A DNA stretch of 64,000 nt. Origin: a virus. Taxonomy: Duplodnaviria > Caudoviricetes. Location: IMG/VR virus record IMGVR_UViG_3300028833_000053, one strand, 5' to 3'. Shown in pieces: positions 1 through 9,983 of the stretch (position 1 is its first letter; each line of letters begins with the position of its first letter). The position numbers and the translations under genes were made by a program. The notes beneath the pieces are model-generated. The model was not told the origin of the DNA, ran no database searches, and saw nothing but the letters and a program-made list of their open reading frames with translations.

Positions 1-187
1 GACTTTTCTATTGAACATTCGGATATATTCTAATCTTTAATGCTTTCAATCTCATACTTTCTATCTATGTTCTATTATTATTTACATAAATAGAAATAAA
101 AACTTTACATACTTTGAGGTATGTTGTATAATATATTTGGAGTAAATAATAATGTAAAACAAACACTTCTAAACGGAGGAAAAGACA

Positions 188-655
188 ATGAACAAGAAAC
201 TGACTATTATGGCACTGACAATGTGCATTGGGCTTGTGGCTTTCGCCCATCATGGCTGGAATCATGCCCTTGGCATTGAGGCAATTCGTGGATTGTCCTA
301 TGTAGTTGGAGGGGCAGTACGTCCCGCTCCGGTGGTTGTGACACCCACGCCGGTTGTCACTACAACTCCGGTTGTTACAACTACACCAGTTGTTACAACC
401 CCAGTTGTAACCACAACTCCAACGTATTCCTATGGGTACTACAACAACGTGTATTGCCCGTATTATGATGGATATTACTACTACAATAACGCATGGATTT
501 GGGGCCGCCCAGGATATGGGCATCGTCCTCCACCTCCTGTGTGGCGTCCGTCATTCCATCACAGACCACCGCCTCCAATCCATCGTCCCGGATTCCATCA
601 TGGCGGTCCAGGACATCATGGCGGTCCGCGTCCAGGTGGACATCATAGAAGGTAA
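188..655 (+). CDS. Secreted-type Pro/Thr/His-rich low-complexity protein
   Basis: RBS GGAGG; signal-peptide-like N-terminus; (P)VVTTT repeats; YYYYNNAWIW segment; HRPPPP tail. Confidence 0.7.
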   Translation: MNKKLTIMALTMCIGLVAFAHHGWNHALGIEAIRGLSYVVGGAVRPAPVVVTPTPVVTTTPVVTTTPVVTTPVVTTTPTYSYGYYNNVYCPYYDGYYYYNNAWIWGRPGYGHRPPPPVWRPSFHHRPPPPIHRPGFHHGGPGHHGGPRPGGHHRR

Positions 656-682
656 GGTTGCTGAGAATCACCGAGAATGAAA

Positions 683-716
683 CAGGTTGTTGGAAATATC
701 CAACAACCTTTCTTTT
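683..716. terminator. Hairpin terminator between convergent genes
   Basis: AGGTTGTTGGA-AATA-TCCAACAACCT followed by T-rich tract. Confidence 0.7.
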
Positions 717-3001
717 TACTTTTTGTTTTCCACTATCCATGACGTGTCCTGAAATGTCATGTCGGGTTTCCCAAATTCCTCATCTACGGCTTTCATAACT
801 CCACCAAAATCTATAGACGGAACATAGTCGTGTCCAGAAGTAAACATAAATTTCAGTTTTTTTGAGTTTTCTATATCGTGTTTAACGCCATCGTGCGTAT
901 GTAAGCCATCAATATAAATCAAGTCGATATTTTTCAAGTTCTGGTTTTGTTCAATGAAAGTGTCCAATGTGCCTTTGTGTTTGACAATCCGGGGTTCGTC
1001 CTTGAAACGTCTGTCAAAGTCTTTTTCAATGCTTGACATTTGGTTGTGTTCAACTTTTCTGCCACCAACCATATAGCTGTAGCCATTTTCCCAGGGGTCT
1101 ATGCAATATATCTTGTCAACTTTTCCCGTATTGAGCATGATTTCTGCTCCTTCCCCACGGAACGTTCCAACTTCCACCACTGTGAGATTATGGTTTGTCT
1201 TTTCATATACATAGTTTACAAGGTCAATCAAACCAGCAACGCTTTTATTTTGTCTACGCATTTGGTGAAGTGGTTTGATTGTGAATATGCCCTTGTATTC
1301 GTTTTCCCCAAGTATTGCATTGACGATGTTCTCGCATGGTGTCTTTCCGTTGGGATAGTTCAAGCAATATTTTTCCCTGTACTCCCGGCGCAGTTCTTTT
1401 TTCATGTCGTTTCCATTCACCACGTTTTCAATGAACTTGTCCAACGTTTCACCTTTTTCAGCCCAGCAAAGTTCATGGCAGTCAATGGCGTCCTTTCCCA
1501 TCTTTGACCATATTTTTGGATTCATGTTGATGGTGTTCGCCATATAGCACACCGGTTTGTCCATGTAGAGATATTCGCAACGGAACGAGCCGCAATCATG
1601 TATCATCGCATCTGACCATTTCATCAACGGAACGTAGTCGTCTTCAGTTGATATGGTAAGCTCGTTGAACAACTTTATCACATAGGAGTTTTCCAATTTG
1701 CCACGCCTGTATTTCATATACAGATTTGGATGCGGACGCCATATGAATTCAACTTTGTCCTTCCATTTCTATACAACGTCATAGACCATCTTTGCGCATT
1801 TCATGAAACTGGAATAGTTTCCATATTTGTTCTTCTTATCGACCGTGTGGTGGAATGACAGAAGTATTCGTTTCTTCCCGTTGCTTTTCCATGGATCGTT
1901 GAATTGCTCCTTTGGCGTATTCAAATATTCTTCCTGTGGGTGTCCAGTGAATATGTCATTGACATTGACGCATACATCTTCTGAATCTTCGCAATTGATG
2001 TATGCTTGATCATACTGTTTTCTTTGGGTGATGTTGTGCCACGCCAAGGTGTATCTGACGTTTATCAGTTTGAAGTTTTCAACGATGTTCTTCTTTATGG
2101 ATTCATCGCGCAAGAACAATTCATTCTCATACTGCATTGGGGGAACAACTAAATCCGCTTGCTATATGTTTCTCCTCACCTCTTCAACAGAGTCTGCCAG
2201 GATTGTTTTGAATCTTCCGTCTTTGTCCAGGAAATCCCGGAGTATCCATGTCTTGTCCTTCGTTGTAATCAACTTTGCGTTTGGCAACTTTGGTTCAGTT
2301 CTAAATATATTTCCTGAAAAGAACATGACCTCAATTGGAATTCCATCTTTCACCTTTTGCCGCAAGGCTTCTTGTTTGTCAATTCGCGTTCTCTTAAGCA
2401 GAAAGGTTTCTATGTCAGGCATTGTCGCTTGTGTTCTATAGTATGGTATGCCCAGTTTTCTTCTATTGATTAGTTTTACCTTGTTGGGGTAGGGTGTTTT
2501 CATGGTTTCTCTTGAAATCACAATTCGTTTGAACCTGCAATCGCAGTTCGCCAAGTCCTGTAACGTCACGTTCTGGGATTTTGCATAACTCGCTGGACTG
2601 AGCAAAAACACTGGCTCCTCGTGTGATTCAATCATTCGCCTTACTCGCAAAAGATATTTTTCCTCCACTATTCTGGAAATGTCGTTGGAAATGTGTTCAT
2701 ACGGCCATTTCCCATCTGGATATGTATCGTATGACGTATGAGTTTCAGTCAGCTTCTTGTCTTCCTTGTGGTGTACATAATGGATTTCTATGTTCCCTTT
2801 GTCCACTTTCACAACGAACGTGTTCGGGCGTATTGTGCTTCTTTCCACAGCATAGTCCATCCAATTGATGTGTTCCCAGTTTTTCATTATATAAAGAATG
2901 GAATGATACGGGCATATCATCCCGCAAAAGGGGTTGTTGTATTGAAGATGCTTGAATCGGTACACCCAAATACCACAACAGTTGTTTGAAATCAATAACA
3001 T
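716..3001 (-). CDS. Multidomain surface-glycan modification protein (DUF1919-like + CDP-glycerol glycerophosphotransferase-like + class I SAM methyltransferase), 761 aa, 2 in-frame TAG
   Basis: Three in-frame ORFs joined at TAG 2164-2162 and 1771-1769; the RPHP motif lies in the gap just after a TAG; ISNNC..Y..PF at the N-terminus; VEVGTFRG / YIDGLH / GHDY at the C-terminus. Confidence 0.75.
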
Positions 3002-3011
3002 GGTTGTCTCC

Positions 3012-3761
3012 TTAAAGTGAATTTCCATATCTGCGCAAGAAGTCCTCTCTTGCCGCTTGTTGCATTTCCATCATCTTTTGCTGTTCATCCGTTTGCGGCA
3101 ATGGGGAATTGATTTGGGATTCCAATCCGCTTCTATCCAACAACACGAAATGGGAATAGGCGCATGTGAATGAGTGCTGGATTTCATCCGCTTCCGAATA
3201 GGACAACTGCAAGTCGGAGAAAGCCTTTATCCATGCGTTCTTGAAGCGGAATCCCACAATGGGCTTCTTGTATGGTGAAAGCAATGTCACGTCGATGTCG
3301 CAGGCGTTTATGAGTCCGTCGGCGTTCACGTTTCCAGTGTCAAGGGCGTTTGCTCCCTTGTTCACGGGGGCGTTGTTCATACACCAGTTGTACAAGGCAC
3401 GGTAGTCTGTCCAATCCGCCGACACGAAATAGTTGAACGTGATTTCCTTTGAGCCCGGGCTCATGGTATAGGTTGGTCGTTCAATCTCGATTGAGCGATA
3501 CATTACCTTGTCAGTACCCATTTCAATTGAAGGTATGGTGAAGGTGGAAAGGCGAAGATTCACGTTTTGATATGCAGTACCCAATACCAAGTAAAGGGGA
3601 ATGTCCGCAATCCACTTGTTCTTCGCGGCATATGTGTTTTGGTTGGAAATGCCGTCGTTGGCGTTTACGTTTATGCCAGGATAGACAAGTTGCTAATCCC
3701 TATTCAGATTTCTCGTCTGATGGGGATGTTGGAAATGATTTATGCCACTCGGAACTGCCAT
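3012..3761 (-). CDS. T4 gp3/gp19-like tail tube terminator or tube-fold protein (1 in-frame TAG)
   Basis: FTIPSI / F.VSADW.DY..LYNW / FRFKNAW...SDL pattern; ATG 3761 in frame through TAG 3695-3693. Confidence 0.65.
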
Positions 3762-3772
3762 TACCCTTTACC

Positions 3773-3937
3773 TCAATTGCTTTCCGTCTTTTTCTCTTCA
3801 ACAAAGAAAATGCCATGTTCCAGTTCGCGCTTTCTTTGTTCCGCTTCCTCAGAACCATCTACGCCCTGTTCAAGTTGCTTGCGCATTCTGTCATATTCCT
3901 CCGGAGTCACGGAGTAGAATTTCACTGGAATTGCCAT
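3773..3937 (-). CDS. Small hypothetical protein (54 aa)
   Basis: RBS GAGG; ATG..TGA; downstream of a GTAAATA motif. Confidence 0.5.
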   Translation of the reverse strand: MAIPVKFYSVTPEEYDRMRKQLEQGVDGSEEAEQRKRELEHGIFFVEEKKTESN

Positions 3938-4026
3938 TGTCTTGTTATCCTCATTTACGTATCAATATTTACCATCTGAAGGTTGGAATGGTAAATAACT
4001 GTAAGGACAATAAACACACAAACTAT

Positions 4027-4227
4027 ATGAACAGCAATCCAGCAAAAGACCATGTATATCATTACTTGAAGGAACTTTCAGATGCAATCAACTGGGATTC
4101 CTTCAACTTGACACGTCATCAACAGGATTCCCTGCAATGTAAATTGAATCTATTTAAGGAGGAACTGGACAAGGCATATTCACGGGAAAAATCTGAACAG
4201 CCCCTTGACAACGGAGCGGGTATTTGA
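4027..4227 (+). CDS. Small hypothetical protein
   Basis: AAGGA RBS; downstream of GTAAATA at 3991. Confidence 0.5.
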   Translation: MNSNPAKDHVYHYLKELSDAINWDSFNLTRHQQDSLQCKLNLFKEELDKAYSREKSEQPLDNGAGI

Positions 4228-4239
4228 TATACTGTCGTC

Positions 4240-4326
4240 GTTAAATGAATTGTTCTACTCATTTGACTCCTTTCTTGGTTTGTGAATAACAATGAAGACC
4301 TCCCGTTTGGGAGGTCTTCTTGTTTA
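4240..4326 (+). ncRNA. Candidate sRNA with exposed anti-SD sequence
   Basis: TTGACA-17-TATACT promoter at 4205-4233; terminator hairpin 4294-4319; CTCATTTGACTCCTTTCTT inside. Confidence 0.45.
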
Positions 4327-4344
4327 ATCTGTCCTTGACGTGGA

Positions 4345-6366
4345 TTATCTGCGCTTCACGTCCTTTGACATTGGATAGTCGTGATCCTCAGGATATTCTG
4401 CAATCTGAAGGTTCTCGGCCCAGATGTAGTGCGGCTTTTGCGCTCCCTCGGTTGTTGCATCAACGTAGGTGAACGTCTCTTGGAAGTATGGGTGTTCCTC
4501 GGCCTCTTGCGTGTCTGCCGCGTCACCATCACGAACAAGTTCTTCAAGATAGTCGTTTGCGGAATCGTCGGTCATCTTCAAGATGTCCGGGTCGGTCTTC
4601 TCGATGTACGCCACAACGTAGTTCAGAGCCTCTTCGGCGCTGAATGCGTATGCGTTGTAGTTGTCGGTCATGTAGCCAGAACCCCACCAAAGTTTCACGA
4701 TGTAGAGTTTGTCACCGTCGGATTCTGAATTCACAAGGGTCAAGTCCTCGTCTTCCAGCTTCCAACCTGAAACCTCGTTCACAGGTTCTTCTTCATCTTC
4801 AAGTTCTTCCTCATCTTCTCCCTGGTCAAACGTGCTTTGGTATCCGCAGTTCACGGCGTCGGCCAAGTCTGGGGCATTGAGTTCAATCTTGTCAATGCTG
4901 CCATAGAACTCGCTGTTCTCAACTTCAACATGGTCTGCTTCAATCTTGTCCCTTGAAAGGTCTGCGTGTACCCAACCATGTCCATAGTCGAAGCAAATGT
5001 CCATCGTGCGTCTTGCAACTTCGTGTCTCAGCTCCTCTTCGGCCTCGTCCTCGTCATAGCTGTTCGTTGAATATGAGATAGTGGCAATTCCACCATCAAT
5101 CTTCGCCGTTGGGGTTTCGCCAAACTCATGTTCTTGCCAGAAGAAGTCGTTGTAGTAGTCCTCTGCGGCAATTTCATACTCACCTGGCATGATTTCAACC
5201 TGGCACTCGTAGTAGCTCTCATAGTCCTCCTCCATCTTGACATACTTCTTTTCCAAGATGCTTCCGAACTTCAAGTCCTTGATGTGGACGGTATAGCCCG
5301 CACCGGCTCCTTCCTTCACAAGTTTCCTGGATTCGGCTGCCATCAACGGAACCTTCTCGCCAATTTCCAACATCTTCAGTTTCTTCGCAGGAATGTCCTC
5401 TTGCTTGTGGCTGATGAGGAAGCTGTGGATATGGTTCATAGTTGTTCCTGACAAATAGTCGTTCAAAAGCCAGAAGTCAAGGTGAGAACCATCCTCGCTT
5501 CTTTCAAGCCTTGCAACGGGAGTGTTGTAGGAGAAGAGCGTGAAACCATCATCGTCCTCTTCCTCTGATGCCTTATGCCCAAATGACTTGCGTCCATTCT
5601 GTGGCACAAGTTCCTTTCTGATACCACCCTCGGCGTAGTAGTCGTCGCCCTCGTATTCGTCATCATAGCTGGCAAGATGCTCCAACTCACTCTTAATCAA
5701 GTCCGTATTCTTCCAGCACCAATCGTCAAAGCCCTTGTGGTTGGTGTCTTCCGGGTGTTCCTCGTCATAGAGTTCCCCAAGGTTGCCATAGAACTCGGTT
5801 GGTTCAATCTTGCATCCCTTGTAGAGAATTGCCCAGTCAACGTCCTTTGCTCCCTCTATTCCATAAAGGGATTCGTTGACAAACTTCAACACCTTTCCCT
5901 TATTGGTCTTGAACAGTTTTCCGCTCTCGGAAACGTATTCAAGTTTCCCGTATTTGTTTTGGAAATAGTTTGAGCGGTTGAACTATTCCTTGGTGATGTT
6001 TAGCTTTTTCATTGTCTTTTTGCTCTCGGTAAAAGTTGGATCTTCATTCAAGATGAGTTCGCCTATTCTGACAAGTCCATTCAAGTATCTTCCAAGTCCC
6101 CCAAGATGGGTTCTCTTTGCGCGTTCAACGTCTTTCTTCAACGCAGCTGTTGCAGGGTAGTCCCCTTCCCATGCGTCAAGGATTTCTTCGCATAGATCGT
6201 CCAAGATTGCGGCGTTTTGGATACCCCTTCCGGTTCTCAAACAGAATTCATGCCAACGTCTGACGGAATCTATGGTTTCTTGGTTGAGTTCAAGCCTCTC
6301 CGGTGGAACCTCGTAGAAATGGAACTCCGATTCCCGAATAACTTGTCTGGATTTGTTTTTCTTCAT
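4345..6366 (-). CDS. Acidic multi-module hypothetical protein, possibly virion-internal (1 in-frame TAG)
   Basis: ORFs 5983..6444 and 4345..5892 are in frame via TAG: KKLNITKE*FNRSNYFQNKYGKLEYVSES; GTAAATA at 6399-6393. Confidence 0.7.
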
Positions 6367-6415
6367 AGGGCAAATAACCTTCTCTTTTTGATTATTTACC
6401 AAATCAGCCCATAAA

Positions 6416-7420
6416 TCAGAACATGGCTGCGGCCTTTGTGCCAATCACGGTGACGTAAATTTCGCTCTTGGCGTTGGCAGAGGACATTTCCAGGTTCATG
6501 TGCATGAGGTTTGGCTTGGAAATGACAATCTCGATGTCCTTTGCCTTTGACGCCGAAATGAAGCTGCGGCAAGTTGACGAGAGCATGTCAAGGATTGCCT
6601 TGTTGCAGAGGAACACGAAATTCTGCGTGGTGGAGGTTGTGCAGCAAATGTCCTTGTAGTTTTCCGCAGCGAAGGTTATTTTGCCAAACTCCACCGACAC
6701 CTTGTTGCCAATGTTTGACCTCACAAGTTTCTGGTTGTCGGATATGGTGGCGTAGAGGGTGTTGGGCAAAGCCTCGGAAGTCACGTCCTCTTCAATCTTC
6801 GCCTGTTCGGGGATTTGGATTTTGATGGAACTTTCGGTGGTCTCCGATAGGGTTGTCATCAAGTCGTTTATCTCAGTGAACTTTCCAGCCCCAATGTTCG
6901 CCGTCAAGAGGAAATTGGATTGCAAGTCCTCCGGGTTTGCGGAGTGGTGAAGGACATCACCGTACCTTGAAGGGACAAGCACTTTCTCAATGTTTCCCAT
7001 CTGCGTTTCCATGATGGCGTTGGTGGAAAGTTGGAACTTTATGTTGTACTTTGGCGACGCAATCCTGATATGGGAATTGCACACAAACAGCTTCACCTTT
7101 CCTCCAGTGAATATGGAGGTGTCCTTTATGTCATAGTATTTGCCGACGTTCTTCAACACCAGAATCAGCTTCTTGACGTTGGGGATGAACAGCGTGATTC
7201 CATCGGGAACAACCGTCCCTTCTTCTTGCTCATCGTCAATGCAGATGGAGTTCGTGAAAAGGTCCGACTTTCCCGTAGCCCATTTGTTGAACATCGTGGT
7301 TTCCACCTGCGTTATGGTGGCTTGGCAGCATGACTGCTCCAATGTGGTGTCAAATGTTGTGAGCATCCCCACAAATTGCTCAAAGTCCTTTATCTTAAGT
7401 CTGTATTCTTCGTTTGTCAT
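6416..7420 (-). CDS. Hypothetical protein, possibly sliding-clamp-like
   Basis: Long ORF near the helicase; no diagnostic motif recognised. Confidence 0.55.
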   Translation of the reverse strand: MTNEEYRLKIKDFEQFVGMLTTFDTTLEQSCCQATITQVETTMFNKWATGKSDLFTNSICIDDEQEEGTVVPDGITLFIPNVKKLILVLKNVGKYYDIKDTSIFTGGKVKLFVCNSHIRIASPKYNIKFQLSTNAIMETQMGNIEKVLVPSRYGDVLHHSANPEDLQSNFLLTANIGAGKFTEINDLMTTLSETTESSIKIQIPEQAKIEEDVTSEALPNTLYATISDNQKLVRSNIGNKVSVEFGKITFAAENYKDICCTTSTTQNFVFLCNKAILDMLSSTCRSFISASKAKDIEIVISKPNLMHMNLEMSSANAKSEIYVTVIGTKAAAMF

Positions 7421-7431
7421 TGTGTTCCCTA

Positions 7432-8130
7432 TCAATATGATGAAATGAGCCAGACGCGGTCGCCGTCCTGGATGCCGTTTGCGACGGTGTTCAAGGAACG
7501 TCTGTAGTATTCAAGGGCGTAGAAATCCACGAAATCGTCCTTCAACCCCAAGTCCTTGATTGCGTCAAGACGTATCCTTTCGCCGGTTTCAGGAAGGAAG
7601 AACCCAATCCATTTCGCAAAACCCGTCTTAAGCACAAAACTCCACTTGTTCCACTTCTTCGCAAGTTCCTTCACCTTCGCGGGGTCAAGTTCCATAAGGA
7701 AATCCCCATTTGGATTGGGATTGGGGTTCTTGTCCGACGCGCAGTCGGCAAAAAGGTCGTGCAAGTTCCAGGAGATGCCATCAAATAGGGAAACGCCAGG
7801 AAAGAGGTCTGGGTCGAAGAACAGATGCGTATTTCCTTTCTCGTGTTTCTTCACGGAACCCACAACCCAGGCAAGGCTCAGGGCAAATTCGTTGGAGTTC
7901 ATGCCATTGAGATAGTCCACAAGTTCCTTTGGTTCGGTAACCGTATCCAACACCTTCTGCCTGTTCAAGCACAGAACTTTCTCGCGCAGTTCCTCATATT
8001 TTTCCTTGCGCTTGTCCTCGTCATCCCCCAAGTACCAGTTGAAGCCCTCTTCAACAGCATTGTGGATTGCGTATATTTGGTGAAGGTCAAATACCTTTGG
8101 TGTGCGCACTACTGATATGTCAAGACCCAT
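7432..8130 (-). CDS. Hypothetical phage protein (MGLD N-terminus)
   Basis: RBS AGGAG; minus-strand sigma70 promoter at 8192-8164. Confidence 0.7.
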   Translation of the reverse strand: MGLDISVVRTPKVFDLHQIYAIHNAVEEGFNWYLGDDEDKRKEKYEELREKVLCLNRQKVLDTVTEPKELVDYLNGMNSNEFALSLAWVVGSVKKHEKGNTHLFFDPDLFPGVSLFDGISWNLHDLFADCASDKNPNPNPNGDFLMELDPAKVKELAKKWNKWSFVLKTGFAKWIGFFLPETGERIRLDAIKDLGLKDDFVDFYALEYYRRSLNTVANGIQDGDRVWLISSY

Positions 8131-8163
8131 CGTCTGTTTCTCCTGTGAAATTTCCTCTACCCA

Positions 8164-8223
8164 ATTATACACCTTCCGAACTTGCTTGTAAAGGTTTACA
8201 TAAACGCCCATTAGTGGTATAAT
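8164..8223. promoter_or_regulatory. Back-to-back sigma70-type promoters
   Basis: TTTACA-17-TATAAT on + (8195-8223) and on - (8192-8164). Confidence 0.75.
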
Positions 8224-8251
8224 TGGGTATGACGATTTAGGCAGATAGAAT

Positions 8252-9763
8252 ATGGCAGATACCAGAAAAAACGATTTTCCAAGAGAAGAGTTGTCGGACA
8301 AGACGCTGGAGTTGATGTTGTTCAAGGAAATGATAACAAACCAGGAATTCCTCAGCAGGCTCATCACTGTTGTTGACATGCGTTGGTTCCGTACGCCACA
8401 TATCCGATTGATGGCGGAGTTCGCGGTTGTATACTACAAGAAGTATGGCGGGTTGGTCACACGCGACTTGATGGAATCGGTCATCCAAAGAAGGAACGAG
8501 ACCCAGTTGCTTGAGGCGAACAAGGTTGACATCAACAGGGCTTTGCTTGACTTCAACAAGGCGAAGGAACTTGACCTCGGCGCGATGGATGAAAGCACCA
8601 AGATAGAGAAGATACAGACCTACGTCAAGCAGGAAGCCATGAGAAACGCCTTGCTTGATTCCGCGACCGACCTTGAAAAGACGAACACCGACGGCATAAT
8701 AGAGAACACGCTGAACAAGTTCGAGAACATTCAGAAAATTCTCTTTGAGGAGGTTGACCTTGGCGTGGAGATGTCAAAGGACGAAGTTGACGATTCCATG
8801 GCGGAGCACATAGAATACCTCACAAACCCATCGGCGAGAATAGCGACAACCTGGAACTGCCTTGATTCCATAACACATGGCGGGTTCTTGAAAGACGGCA
8901 AGTTCCTTGGGGTGTTTATGGCGCAAGCCGGTCTTGGAAAGTCCAACATCCTCGCAAACCTTGGCTACAACTTCCTGCGCCAGAACCTCAAGGTTGTGGT
9001 GATTTCAATGGAAATGAGCCAGAACGTATACCTTCGCAGATTCGACTCCATCATATCCAAGATTGACATCGACGACCTTGGCATTTCAAGTATGGCGTTG
9101 CAGTTGAAGGACAAGATTGAACGTTTCTACAAGTTCGACTATCCCGATGCAAGGTTGGTTGTGAAGGAGTTTGCGCCTGGAAGCAAGTCGGCAAAGGATT
9201 TGCAGCAATTCGTGGAGAAACTTCAGGAACGCAAGGGGTGGAAACCGGATGTCCTCATAGTTGACTACTTGAACCTCATCAAGCCAAACGGGGGTTCGTC
9301 AAAGGGTGATGCATCCCTGTACGAGGACGGCAAGATTGTTTCGGAGCAATTGAGAAAATTGTCCTATGACCTTGCCATTCCAATCATAACGGCGGTGCAG
9401 TGCAATTCAAGCGGCTTTAACACGGCTGACATTGGAATGCAGAACATTGCCGAATCAAGGGGAATCGCGCACACCGCCGATTTCATAGCGGGGCTTTACC
9501 AGACGGAAGACGAGCAGGACAACGGCACGTTCCACATGAAGATATTGAAGTCAAGGTTGGGGGACAAGGGCAACTTGAAGTTCGAGTTTGACCGTCACAC
9601 CATGGAGTTCCGCGACATCAACGACGTTGAGGGAATTGGTGGAACTCAGGACAACGGTGGAACGAATACCTCCACGTTGGATTCAAGCAAGACCAACCTT
9701 GGACTGCCAAGATGCCAAGTTGACGATTCGGACATTTTCAGGGATGTCACGGGAATGGGTTAA
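8252..9763 (+). CDS. Replicative DNA helicase, T4 gp41/DnaB family
   Basis: Walker A AQAGLGKS; ISMEMS; Walker B LIVDYL; TAVQ; AESRG; ILKSR. Confidence 0.92.
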   Translation: MADTRKNDFPREELSDKTLELMLFKEMITNQEFLSRLITVVDMRWFRTPHIRLMAEFAVVYYKKYGGLVTRDLMESVIQRRNETQLLEANKVDINRALLDFNKAKELDLGAMDESTKIEKIQTYVKQEAMRNALLDSATDLEKTNTDGIIENTLNKFENIQKILFEEVDLGVEMSKDEVDDSMAEHIEYLTNPSARIATTWNCLDSITHGGFLKDGKFLGVFMAQAGLGKSNILANLGYNFLRQNLKVVVISMEMSQNVYLRRFDSIISKIDIDDLGISSMALQLKDKIERFYKFDYPDARLVVKEFAPGSKSAKDLQQFVEKLQERKGWKPDVLIVDYLNLIKPNGGSSKGDASLYEDGKIVSEQLRKLSYDLAIPIITAVQCNSSGFNTADIGMQNIAESRGIAHTADFIAGLYQTEDEQDNGTFHMKILKSRLGDKGNLKFEFDRHTMEFRDINDVEGIGGTQDNGGTNTSTLDSSKTNLGLPRCQVDDSDIFRDVTGMG

Positions 9764-9981
9764 GCCTTTTCCCATATTGCATATAGCGTCAAGTCGCTGG
9801 CAAACCAACTGTTGATTACTTGCTCGTCTGTATATCTTGTCCCAGTGCCCATGGGGTCGGTGTTCCATTCCTTGAACTTATAGCCTGAAATGTAGCCATC
9901 CACCAGTTTGGGCGACATGTCGTTAGTAGATTTCAAGTTAACCCTTTTTCCAGCTTCCTCTGTTTGTTCACCAACTTTCAT
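9760..9981 (-). CDS. Single Listeria-Bacteroides (InlB B-type) repeat protein or fragment
   Basis: GYKFKEWNT...LTLYAIW. Confidence 0.55.
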   Translation of the reverse strand: MKVGEQTEEAGKRVNLKSTNDMSPKLVDGYISGYKFKEWNTDPMGTGTRYTDEQVINSWFASDLTLYAIWEKA

Positions 9982-9983
9982 TT

